From Zygnema circumcarinatum SAG 698-1b (lineage: Eukaryota; Plantae; Zygnematophyceae): a stretch of DNA of 64,000 nucleotides. Below the pieces are notes generated by a model. That model saw only the letters and a list, made by a program, of their open reading frames with translations, had not been told where the DNA came from and did no database searches. The DNA is taken from contig CM074804.1 of the NCBI GenBank assembly GCA_037447605.1, forward strand, positions 2,294,001 through 2,358,000, read 5' to 3'. The translations under genes and the position numbers were made by a program. Below, one piece after another: positions 18,701 through 31,044 of the stretch. Numbering within the stretch: the first letter of the stretch is position 1; every line of letters begins with the position of its first letter.

Positions 18701-18860
18701 AAACACTTTGGTGCTTTGTCACATAGCATCTCCTTAAAGGCCTCTCCCCCTTCGACTGCCAACGCATCCATGGCTGCCTGCTAGTTGCGGAAACGCACAA
18801 ATTCCGATCCTTCAAGAGGGTAGATAGGGAGGAAGGAGCAGCTGCAACTGCGACAGCCAT
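15736..18860 (-). CDS. Aldo-keto reductase superfamily protein (At2g27680-like), with a probable plastid transit peptide
   Basis: Exons give ICRALNGLWQVS...GLTTFDLADI / TKWCPPP...LDMVQFHW / YGTLLGGFLSEKF...TPSQNKYKR / MIDTWGGWGLFQELL / PAVAGSILGVRLG...IGDCGDEYR*. The N-terminus is Ala/Ser/Arg-rich. One 10-N gap lies inside an intron. Confidence 0.9.
18267..18276. other. Assembly gap (10 N); others at 46505-46514, 50120-50129 and 52950-52959
   Basis: Runs of n, each adjacent to a G-rich or C-rich low-complexity tract. Confidence 1.
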
Positions 18861-20857
18861 TGCTTGTGTTTTAGTGAGCGAGAGTGAGGAGGGAAGGGAC
18901 ACAGGAGCATGGGAGGGGGGGGGCGTGACAGGCGTGACTCCTCAGGAGGGGCCCTGTGAGGTGCACTGCGAGGCCGCGGTCGCAGGGAAGGTTCACGGCC
19001 GCAGGTGGACTCGGATCAACGTGGACCAGCATCAGCCAGATCAGCTGGTTAGCTCTTCATCAAATCGCAAAGTTGACCTTTAACTTCGATCCACCAGGTT
19101 TCGCCACAGTCGCACTGCCGCGCTTGGATTGCGCATCGGACGGTCATTAGATGTCCGTACGTTTCTCGCTCTGAGGTCAACGGCGGTCGGTCAACGAATG
19201 AGAATTTACCACGTGGCATAGTCCGAGAAGAATTGTGTTGGCGAATCAGAGTCGACCAATCCTCGGCGATGCCACCGACATTTGTGCCACGTGGCGGGAC
19301 TACGGTGCGACTCAAGATTAAGGGGTGCCGTACCGTAAAACTAAAAGCAGGTCAGCGAAAATGAAATTAAATATTTTTGCTGTTGAGAATTACCATCAGG
19401 TTCTCAAACAAGAACTAAATTCAATTCAATTCAATTATGATTGAAAGTGAGAAATTAGGTCCTACAGGCTCTGCACAGTACGAGTTCTATAAAAAGCCAA
19501 TTGCAATTACGCAGTAAACTACCAGTCGCGTTGAATTGGAGTTTCCTTCGCATCCGCGGATCAACAATGACGTGGCGAATCGCACAGCGCGTGGATCCGC
19601 GAGTTTGTGTTTATTTCTTTGCGCAGAGCGACTCAAACAAAGGAGCGCCTAACTTACGAACTCGCACTGCTTCGATAAATTAGAAGTGTAAATAAACGCC
19701 TCTTTACTCCAAGCAAACGAACCACTAAACCCAAACCACCACCACCACCACCGCCTAAATTAGTTTGACCCGCTGCAACCCATCCACCCACCAGCCACCA
19801 TCCTCCCACCGAAACTCCAATACATTCCATCAATCTCCCTCCCTCTCTCTCGTCTTTCTCCTTTCTTCCCTCTCTTTCTCTCGTCGTTCCTCTACTCGCC
19901 TCTTATCTCCCTCCTCTCTTCCTCTCTCACTCCCCCTCTCTCGCTCTCTATGTCACTTTTTCTCCTTTTCTCTCCCTCTAGTGGGGAGGGTGAGCAGGGA
20001 ACGTGGCGGGGAGGGAAGAAAGGGGAGGGTAGCCAGACTCACTACCACTGAAGAAGCGAAAAGGAGAGCGAGAGTTGCTGTGCGAAGTTCGCACAACGGT
20101 CGAGCCCAAGAGTGGCTGCGTCCCACAGGGCGCGCACTGCTCGCTCGCGGAGGTGCGCGCGCTGCCGTGGGCAACACGGCGCCGTTCGCCTCTAGGGCGG
20201 ACGGTTCATCGGAGGGCAAACAAACCTCAAACTGCGACATGGCTTTGAGCTCCGAGGAGCCATGCATGCGGGTCATGTACGCATGTGGATCATGTCCTCC
20301 CATGGTCATTGTCCAGGCATGTCGTGGGCTCATGCCGGCCATGTTGGCGCCAGCCGCCAGGCTCAATGTCGGTGAAATTGACCGCATGAAAAAGAAATAG
20401 AGCGCGACGCGGGGACAAAAACGCCAACGTGGCACGCTTCGGTCGTCTGATTGGTCCCCGCCTGCGCGAGCGATGTCGGTGAACCCCGACAGGCTGCCAC
20501 GTGGCGCTGACTTGCAGGCGACGCCTTGCCGACAATCCATTTCGGACAGCGACGGCGACCGACCGACATTGCACCGACATTGCGCCACGCCGCCGACATT
20601 TTGCCAGCCTGCGTGACTCCTCGCGACAGCGAGAGCCCCCCCCAAAGCTGCCCGCGGGTAAGGGAGGGAGGGAGTACTCGCGAGTGGGAGCGGGAGGGGG
20701 AGAGAGAGAGAGAGGGAGAGGGAGGGAGAGAGAGAGAGAGGGAGAGGGAGGGAGAGAGAGAGAGAGGGAGAGGGAGGGAGCGGGAGAGAGAGGGAAAGAG
20801 ACAGAGCGCGAGTATGGGTCAGTTTGCAGCTGCGTTCCTCAATGCAGTCGCAGCACC

Positions 20858-23800
20858 ATGGCAGCGGATGCCATCCAGAAGGTACGCCAAAGCTCGGGCT
20901 GATGCGCTCCATCACTTATCCTAAACTTCTTCTTGTTTCGCTTCTTTTCCTTTTTTCATTGGTTTTCTTTAGTTCTTTTTTTTTTTTCAGCGCTCATCAG
21001 AAGTGTTCAATCTATTTCCTTTGCGCGCTGGCCATCGCATGCGCCAATGTTCCGGGAAGCTCCGCCTCTCCGGCGAGCGGCTTCAGCTCGCCTGCGGGGG
21101 GGCAGCGCGGAGAGGTCGGAACACAGAAAAGATCCCACCCTTTAAGCACGCAGCAGCATCCTTCCTTCCTTTACATCGCGAGTACCAAAATCCGCTCTGT
21201 TCTTTATGTGCGCTTTCAGTTGAAAAAAACTGACCTAGGTGCCCTCTCCCTGTTCCATGTGCTCCTCGTGGTTTTATTCCGGTTCCAACATGAAGCCAGC
21301 ATGCACCCTCCAAGTGACCACTCCTAGAGCGCCACCTGGCGCCGGCATCCTCGCGGAGCCCTACAAGCCGACCGCATTCGGTGAAGCGCTTCTCTCACTC
21401 ACACTCTCTCTCTCCCTCTCTCTCCCTCTCTCCCTCTCTCTCTCTCCCTTTCTCTCTCTCTCTCTCTCGCTCTCTCTCTGTCTTTCTTTCTCTTTCCCTC
21501 ACTCGCCGACTCCTTTCCTTTCTGCATTCATTCGCCGCCGCGCGATTGCGCTCAAAGCAAACCGAAAGCTGCCAAGACCTGCCCAACACCGTTTCCCGAC
21601 CTGACCAGACCGAACCAAAACCTTTCTCAAGCCTGTATTCAACAATAGCAGTGCATGAACCTCCTCACGGGGAGCACAAACAAGCGTTTGGAACTCACCA
21701 TCCGTTTCTCTTTTAAATCGCGGCCATTGCTTGTTTGCTGCAGTCCTTTCATGCACATGCGATGATGGGAACAGCGAGGATTGCAACACCGAGTTCGAGT
21801 TTTTCTCGACCGGGTCGGAGGGCCAAACCGCGCAGGGACTCGAGTTCAGTCTGACCTTTAAAGAGAAGGGCCGCGGACAGCTCAGCGTCCTCGCCTGCCC
21901 GAAAGCATCCTCTTCAGCAACAGGATGCAACACGCAGATTGGGACTAAGGTTCGTTCTAATAGCTTAAAGGGCACTCAAAGCTGGCCGGAATTCGAGGGT
22001 AGCTGCTTTACTTATAAAAATGGAAACCACCGAGCATTTTTTAAATACGCTAGAACATTTTTTTAAAAGCATTTATACATATTGAGACGGCGCATTCCGA
22101 TGATTTCTTTTTGCAGTCGTTTGTGGTTCCGGTGGCGGTGACTTATGTGCGAAGAGAGATAAGAGACTTGCCGATTGAAGAGAGGGAGAGATACTTCTCC
22201 GCCATCAGAACGCTCCTTCAATATTCTACCGAGAAGGGAAGACAGATATTCGGCCCCGGGTGAGCACCATGGTTTTCTGGATTGCAAGTAGTTGCACTGC
22301 TCAAGATTCAATTGAACCCGAGCTTTTGTCTGATTCACCTTGCTGGGAGTTTTTGGTGTATAGATACACGAGTTATTATGAGCTTCTTGCGTTCCATATG
22401 GCCGGCGTGTGGGTCAATGTGTGGCAATGCGATTTGGGGCACCATGGACCTGCACTCCTCACCTTCCACCGCGGGTTTTCGAGGATGTTCGAGAAAGCCA
22501 TTCAGGTACAGAAAAAGGAGTCTTTCAACCTTCGTAGTCACAGAAACATGTCAGAAAATGGCTAAGTTAGTCGTGAAGTGCACTCCTCTTAATGTAGGCT
22601 GTGGACCCCTCTCTCGCTTCGCCTTATTGGGATTACCTCCGAGACGGCGGCTTATTAAGTCCTGAGCAAAGCACAATATGGTCCAGCGAGTACTTTGGCA
22701 ACATCACGGGAGACCCAAACAACAACTACCAAGGTGAGCATTTCCATTTTTAAAGGGTTTGAGTGATGCTTGATACTCTAAGCCGTGCCGGCATCACTCA
22801 ATCAGAATAGAGAACTCTCCAAAGTCCAAGGGGAGATGTGAAGGCTCTGTTCTATCTTACGGTGAAGCTTGTTGTGAAATGCAGACAGCTTAGTTGATGC
22901 TTGTTTGGTAAAACCCTGCCGCGTTTCCCTCCTCAAATTGTGATTAAGCTGCTTTGCCTGCATGCAGTGCTGGACGGCAAATTCCCTGCTTGGCCCGTTC
23001 CGTTCGGAGAGGAGGCGACATCCTTGAGCCAAATGACATGGGGAAAGCTCGGACCCGCCAAAACCATCAACCCCTACGGCTACTTCCGCTCGTATGTTGA
23101 GCTTCTCGACCTCGCTTTCATACACGTAGAAAAGAAAGTTAGAAATATGGAGAAAATATAGAATCCTTTAACTCATAACAACGAATTTTGGAATCTCCAT
23201 ATGCATGAAACACCATGCAAACTTCAAAATTGGGAGGACCGGTTTATGGGTATTGGGTAGGCCTGACAGCACCAACCCTAATCCACACTTGACAAGATTT
23301 GGCCCTGCTCCAAATGCGACAGCACCAGCTATTGAATCTTGGCTTCTGTGTGCGGCATCAAGCGGTGTTGGAGAGTTTGCCAGCTGCCTTGATGGATCAG
23401 GCGAGTGAGACATCCTCAAATAGCTGGTTCGACAGGCCGAATAGTGATGTATGTTCTCATAGCAAGTGCAGGTCTAGAATAGGAAGACTATGTTTTGTAC
23501 AGCAAGCACTCCCTTCCAGCGCCTAAAAACTCAAAAAAACCCTAAAGAATGTATCTAATTTCGTGACAGACGTCCTAATATCAAACTGTGAAGATGCTTT
23601 GTACAGGAATCCATCCGGCCCCTCATATTCTCGTGGGTGGAACTGCGCAAACCCCCGCATTCGTCGACGTGAAGGACCAGTTGGACTGCTCAAGCTTCAA
23701 TTCAACTGAGGAATGTGAATACATCTTCAATCTAGCACTGTACTTTGGAGGAACATACCGCTACCAAGGTGTAATCGATGGCTGCATTGTCTGCGACAGA

Positions 23801-24823
23801 AAGTGCTCAAACCTCACAAAACCTCCCGAGGAGTGCGGATGCCGCTGCGCAGACCCAGTAAGTTTCACTTACTCAAAAAAATATATGTCAAAGACACGGC
23901 CAATAGACACAGACACTTAAAACCGTTTGTTCTAACCCCTTTTGGCGTCTTTGAGCTTCCTAAGGCCACCCTTAGAATTTGTCTGCCTGAAACCGATTCC
24001 TCATCGTTCCAAGCGTATTAACTCTGTTTTATGATGCTCCAACCTTTGCAGAGGCCTCCCGGATGCGCGGCAGAGCAGGTGTTGCTGCGGTTCGCCGACA
24101 AGTATAATTCTCCTATTCCGCCAGAATTGATTACACACATCGATTTCATATACTATGGGATGTGCGGAGCATCCCGCGCTAATGGAGACTATGCAGGTGC
24201 GTGATTAGGGCTTCACATCGAAGGGTAAAGTTGGGCAACTATCCCCAAAACCAATCCTTTCAGCAGTGGGAACTACTGCGTTTGGTATGGAGAACCTTGA
24301 AACCGAGCACTTCATGATGCCGCGATCAAAAGTAAATGTCACAAACAGTAATTGCAATAGTGATCATTTCTCACACACCTTGTAAATGTCTCGACTATGT
24401 ACAGATGCCGGGGGGTCGCCCATAGATCCCATATTTTGGATCCACCATTCCAACTTGGACCGCATTTTAAGCAGCTGGCGGATTCTCCATCCCACCACAT
24501 TATGGGAGCATCTCAACTTCACCTCTGTTCCAAGCGGCGACCCGAGCTTCTACCCTGATGTATACAGCTCTGTTAATATCATTCATCCCGAAGCATCTTG
24601 GCCCGGTGTAGTTTTCCCCGGTGACCGTAATCCTCTCGGGATTTGTATCGGCCACGGTTTGTTTGATGAAATCGCCTCAGGGGCCATGATAGGAGTGTTT
24701 GATGCCATCCCTTCAAACCAGCCTCATACCAATATTGAAATGTTGAAGACGGTTGATGTGCAACTCAATGACCCTGCGAGTGCAGATTACATCTACGATC
24801 AGTACTATGAAGCTGTACTTTGA
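20858..24823 (+). CDS. Secreted tyrosinase-like type-3 copper protein, about 12 exons and roughly 650 aa
   Basis: A phase-consistent exon chain gives a signal peptide (MAADAIQK|KCSIYFLCALAIACANVPGSSA), YVRREIRDL, CuA (AFHM...CDLGHHGPALLTFHR), AVDPSLASPYWDY, CuB (GIHPAPHILVGG ... GSPIDPIFWIHHSNLDR), and a stop at 24823. Confidence 0.88.
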
Positions 24824-25633
24824 TAGTGTGGAGGCAGACGATCATAAAGGCATGCAATTGCTGTAGTATGTTTGCATGTTCTTTCCGTAGGAGGTCCAGC
24901 TCGAGACCTTCGAATATCTAGCCTAGCCTAGCTATATAGCTATATAGTTTGTAGTCCTGTCTTCCAGCCCGCCTGCATTCTTTATCTCCACGAGGAGATG
25001 AAATAATATAGATATAGCGAGATATTGGGCTGACGACGATTTCTGGTTATTGGCGGTAGTTTCGCCATAAACATGATGGCTGTAATCTGCACTACAGTTA
25101 AGATGAGATTCTTCGCCCATTACTGCTCTATTCACGAATTATGTGACGCTTTTGTTGAGTTTTTCTGGAGTTACCGAGTCAGTATTACCCAAGTTACATC
25201 GGGATGCTTTGTTATTGGATCCTTGCTCCTCTCACACAATCAGACGCTTCTGCCAGCAGTGAATCAACAAAAATAGGCGCACAACAGTATGAGCCAAAAT
25301 GCGTTCACCACGGTACACGCATCGAAGAAGATGGACGACCTGCACCCTAACAGTTAGTATACTATATAGAGATGGCCTGCGTCTGGTGAGGAATTACAGT
25401 CTTGAGAGTGATTTTTTTCGCAAATTTGTTCTCTCGAACTTTAAATGAACCGAAATCCATGCATGAAGGATATGCATGAAGAATGAAGCATTATGCGTAC
25501 ATCCATGCGAGCATAGAAAAAGTGCGCTCACGCATCCAACTGCGACTCCATGCTACAAGCCATGGCAGTCAATGACCCTGACAAAGCAGAGGTCAGCAAA
25601 GTCGATGGCCAACAAGAGTAAATAAGGCAATCA

Positions 25634-28600
25634 TTACACCATAACTTCAAAAAACGTTTTTGAACATGCCTGCTCCCGCTCACCAGATGAGCCTTCCTCC
25701 TCTTCCATTACATTGGTTGAAGGGAAACTAAAAAATACACAAAAACTGGGTGAATACACCTGAACGAACGGGCACTGACGAATTTCTGTATACGGAGACA
25801 TGGACACTCTTCTGCCCCTTATTAGAAGGATCGCATCGCCCTTCAAAACTGCAAAACCTCTCCTCCAATTCGCCTATCTTCCTGCAAAACTGTGCTCCTC
25901 CCTCCCATCCCAGCCTAACGCCAAGCCCCAAAAAACGAGCCTCCAGTGCGCTCTCTCCCCCCCCCTCTCCCTCTCTTTCTCTCCCCCTCTCTATCTCTCC
26001 CCGCCTTTTCCTTCACCACTCTCCCTCAAACGGAGACCCAAACTTCAACCTCCCAAGTAGCAGTCTAGCAATGCTGCCTCTCCTCTACCTCCATGTCTAT
26101 AGGACCCCCTCCAGTACATCTCCCTCCTGAACCACCTAAATTCTGCGCGCCATCCGCGCACACTCCCTCACCTTCCTTGTCGACACCCAAAGCACCTCCT
26201 TTCCCATCTCTACCCCCCCCCTCTCTCCCGCCGTCTGCCCCCTCCCCCCCACTCTCTCCATCCCCCCCATCCTCTCCCTCCTCCTCCTCCTCATACCCAC
26301 TGCATGCGCCTCCCCACACAGAAGAACCACTCAACCTTGGAGCACCCAACTCCCCCTGAGCATGGGACTCCTCTCTCACAGTTCCCTGCCTGTTCCCTTT
26401 CCGGCTGCTTGCATTATTCCTCCCAGAAAGATGTGTTTCAACATCGCTCCATTGTCTCCTCCTCCGCCTCATTCTTTGTTGGGACCTCCGCATTCGCTGG
26501 TTCTGAAAACTCAGAAGTTCTGCCACGTGTTCAGCACCTGCCATCCAAAATGCCCACATTAAGGGTTTGACGACTTTCAGCATAGCTTTGAAATCTGCAG
26601 AAAAGCCGCAACAATAAGAAACTTTGATTCAAATTCCTCTCTCTTTCTCCTTCCTCCTCCACCCTAAAGCCACCAAAAGCACAAACCTTCAATTCCAAGA
26701 AGCACCCCAAAAACCCCTGAAACTCTCTGCAATGAATTCATAGCAATTCAGGCCTCTAAACTCTCCCTCTCTTTCCATTTGTTTCACCAAACATAAGTTG
26801 TCTTTCTCCCCTCTCCACCCTCTCCCCTTTCCCTCCCTCCTCCCCCTCCCTCCCTCCCTCTATCTTACCTTTCTTATCCATCACGACTGACAAAGGCGGC
26901 CACCCTTTGCCTCTCACTCTGCCATCTCTCTCCACAGCTTGCAGAGACTCCATCCAGTCCTCCCCTCCTCTTCTTGCTAGGCTGGCCATCATCTCCTCCC
27001 ATATCCAAGCATCATCTGAAAGGGGCCTCCCTCTCAGAGCTCTCTCCTTTCTCTCTGAAGGGGCATGTCCCCGACCCAAACCATCGCCATCTTCTTGCCG
27101 ATGTAAGTTGCTGAGCTCATGCTTATCTCGACTTGCGTTTCCACCAGTAGTCCCCTTCTTTGACGAGTCTCTCCGTACTTGAGCCACTCGTCCTCCTCCC
27201 CCCCCTCCCTCCTTCTCTTTCTCCTCCTCGTTCAGCTCGTCATCATTCCCTTCATCATAGCCTGTCTCTCCATCCCCTCCATATCCATGCTCGCTTCCGT
27301 AACCAGACTCCCCACTTTGGCCCTCAATCATCCACCTGAAGAAAGGATTGAAACAAAAACAAAATTTCAAAACATTTCGAGCAGAGAACAAGGACGCCAA
27401 TCCATCCAAAACAAACTGTTGGAAAGAAAACGATAAACGAATGGATTTGAATGAGAAACCGAACTCACTTATGATAAAAATCTTCCGCAAGCTCCAACCC
27501 CCCCACTCCCCCACTTCCTGAACTCAACTCCCCTCCTCCCTCCACTCCTCTGCGGCTCCCTCCCCCTCCGCTGCTGTAGTAAAGCTCCCCACTCGAGTCA
27601 GTGCCTGTGGGGGGGAGATCGGAAGGGAGGCCATAGCTAGCAGAAGCTGACAAAGGGCGAGGATCATGTAGGTCTTGGCTTCGAGCTGACCCTCCTCCTC
27701 CTGAGGAGCCGTCTCCCACACCGTGTCTCCTTCTCTTCTTACGTCCCTGCAAAAATAATAGGTAGAGAAAGGTACGTGATGTTAAATCTAACAGTGTCAG
27801 ACATTCACAGCTGCTTAAAGACGAATGGAGAAACAGAATGAAGGACTCTGCTGAGACAAGCGTGACGAAAGACATAAGTAAAACGACTACATTCAACGCA
27901 CCTATTCATTAAGCTCTGATGAAGCCAGATTTCCAATTTTTACAAAATCCCAAGCGATAAAATAATGAACTCTCGGCTTTAGAATCAAGGCCAGTTCTCA
28001 GCTGCTAGCTTAAGTTTTCCAGCGACAATAAGTGCTTGTGTAATTCGTTCAATGCACAACATGAAGAACCCATGTACCCCATCAAACCATAGTTGACGAT
28101 AAAAAGACCAAAAAGACCAGACTTCATATCAAACTGGGCGGCGCAAGAAGCTCGCGCAATGGACGGGAACCTGCAAGTCAGCGACTAGGAGTAAAGAAGT
28201 TTGGAGGCCAGCAGGTGCTTGCAGGCAACAATATTGTAAGACAAAGAGGTACACCAGACCGACCCTAGCAATATTAAGTTTCAAAATTCGTGTTCAACAT
28301 TCAGGACATTCATAGCATAGAAAATGCTCCCAAAACATTATAAAGACAACGCATAAACGCTTTGCCCATTCTACACACAAGCAAAACAGCTACTTGCGTA
28401 CCACAAATTCTGCATACAACAAATCCAAATGCAGCACCAAACAGAACAGCTGCCCACGTGAGTGGGTGAGAGAAAGAGCGAGAAAGTGTGTGAAGAGAGA
28501 GAAAGTGTTCTTACGCACCTGCACTCCTTCTTTCCATCTCCACAGACCCCTCAACAAAGCATGTGAAAGATGTTTTCGGCGAGTCTTCCACGACCTCAAA

Positions 28601-29793
28601 GGCCCCATTTCACTCGAAATTCCCCGCTCCGGAACCCGTGAGTTTTCCTGTCTAATAGTCACCTTACAATCTCTCTCAATAATCTTATTCCCAAAAGCGA
28701 AGCCTCCAACTGGACCCTCCCTCATCATCGGGTTCGCAAGTTCCATTTGCGCCCCAATTTCCACCGTTTCAATTACCGAAATTCCTGACATCAACGTCGC
28801 TTCCATCTCATTTCTTCCCCTCCTTTCGCCAAGCAATGGGTGGCTAACTGCTGTCTTCCCAAAGTAAGATTGTGGATTTTGTGAGAACAAAACACTCTTC
28901 ACATCGTCCGAATGCCTCTGCACTTTCCTTCTTTCTTCTTGGGGCGTACAATGGGCCGCAGAAGTCAAATTCTGACGTAAATTAATGTGTGACTCGCTGC
29001 TCGCAGAAAGAGAAGAAGCAGAACTACGCAACGAATCTGAAGCAGAAGCGCCCTGCTGCTGCTGCTGCAACTGCGGTTGCAACTGGTTCAAATGCTGAAA
29101 ATTCTGACTCTTTTGCAAATTCTCTGACCCCAAAACCGCACCGGCAGCTGTCCCAGAACTCTCATATCCAATTCCGCAGAAAGAAGCCGCAGCAGGAGCC
29201 AATTTGGCTCCGCTGTGCGCAACGGAGCGGTTAGGGCTTCGCAGCATGGACCCTTCAGAAACTGCATTACGAAACGGAGGCATGGAATTGCGGCCCCCGC
29301 CTTCGGAGGAGAGCCCTGCAGCTGCTCCGCCACCATGGCCCGCAGCAGGAGCCTCTCCCCGCTCGCTAGCTGGCGAAAGACTGAGATCCCCGAGCTTCTC
29401 GACGAATGAGCTCACACTGCGCGCTACGTAGCGCGCTCCGGGCCTGCCACGTGTGCGCTCCGCAGAATTAGGGCAAGGGATCATCTGCACGAGGATCTTC
29501 GGCGGAGGAGGCAGCGCCACGTGGCAGCCCTGGAAGATGTGAGGGCTCCTCAGAAGGAGGGCCCCCGACGGGCACACGGGAGACATGGCGCCATGGTACA
29601 CCGTGTCACGAGGGAGGGAGGGAGAGGGAGAGAGCGGGGAGCTCAGTAAGGGAGAAAATATGGCGGCGGAAGGGGTCGGAGAGGCGCTTCCCCAAAGTTC
29701 CTGAGAGTAGAAATGGACACGTGGCGAAGCATAAGGCACTGTAGAAGGACACGTGTCGACAGCCCCCGCCTCGGGGAGAAGCATTGCCACCAT
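25634..29793 (-). CDS. Large multi-exon protein of unknown function (low-complexity N-terminal half); exon chain only partly resolved
   Basis: A 467-aa ORF at 28390-29793 has a donor GTGCAG|gtgcgt near 28520. Further exon-like segments lie at ~27750-27520, 27340-26870 ([10 protein letters not shown]), 26610-26100 ([12 protein letters not shown]) and 25850-25634. The family was not recognised, and it may be more than one gene. Confidence 0.5.
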
Positions 29794-31044
29794 GGACTAG
29801 GGCAGGATGACCCTCATCCTCGCAAGCTCAGTAGCCATGGCGGCCCCTCGCCCCCCCTTAGCCGTCTCCCTCCCTTCGCCGATAGACCGCAAATATCTGC
29901 TGCCAGAACCCTAATTCACGTCATGTCGTGTCACGTCGCGTCGCGTCACGTCATGTCGCCTGGGAAATGGTTGCAGCCCTCCCGACACTCTCAAGAAGCG
30001 CGAGGCGGCGGCGGATATGCAGGCCGATGTTTTTTTCCTGCCCGAAATACCACTAGTGGATGTAAGGCACCAATGGAAGCTCGGCGGGACGCGTGGAAAA
30101 ATCGTATTTCCTGATGCCCACCGACAAAAGTGCGAGGGTGGGAACTGGCAAGGCGGTGGCCGTTTTGGCGGAGGGTCCGTCCGTACGGTGTGATGGTACC
30201 GTACGGTACAGGCTGCGACCTCGCCAAGTCGCCAAGCGTCGGTGTACGATTTTGTACGGATATGCTATACACCGTACTATTTGTGTACGGATAAGATACT
30301 GTGATTAAGATGGAGAATGTGCTCACACTGGCGATCATTTGTTGTTGTTGGGTTGTTATTGTTGTTGGCTTCGAAAGGAGTTGATTTCTCATGCACAATG
30401 TGTTGTTGTTGGCCTAAGCAAATTCTTTGGTTATTCTTTGGTTACTTTGGTTATCGCCTATCGAATGTATGTATGTGTACATTGTGGGCGATGTAAGCAT
30501 GGGATACGCATGGACCTGCATGTATGGGGTACCCATGCATAAGAGATGTATGTGTGCGGATGATCTCTGCACTGGAACCAGCAACTACGAAACGTGAACA
30601 TCACATTCATCTGAGAGTGACGCGGCATACTTATCTGAAACTGAAAAAAATAATGAATAAAAAAAAAAAATCCTCCGTCCGGCTAAACAAGTCAAAACTG
30701 GATTCGTCTCATTTCTCAGACGCACTCCCCTCCCTCATCCTAACCCCTAAACCCGGGGTGTAGCTTCAAAATCAAGCAACAGGTCTCTCTCTGTACATCT
30801 ATTTACATTGCACCAACTTCGGCCTTCTGGCAATCCGAAGCGCATCTTTGACCCAACCACTCGCTAAAGAACTTCAAAGCCTTCTTTCTTCAACAAACAC
30901 CTAAACACTCAATTCTCAAAACTCTCTGTCCCGCACCACCAAGAAAGACCCTACAAATGCCAAAATGGATAGGCAATCTATCCGTTATTCCTTCATCCAT
31001 ATCTACCCATCCCCTGTTTGGAGGAGCATTCGTTGGCATCCTTT

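Noticed and set aside
19765-20915. 320-aa and 211-aa ORFs in the AKR/tyrosinase intergenic region
   Set aside because: They are largely translations of CT/GA microsatellites and promoter motifs, with no recognisable domain or splice support.
25634-27750. Faint resemblance of some motifs to DUF1666 proteins
   Set aside because: Similarity is by eye only, over a few residues, and too weak to call.
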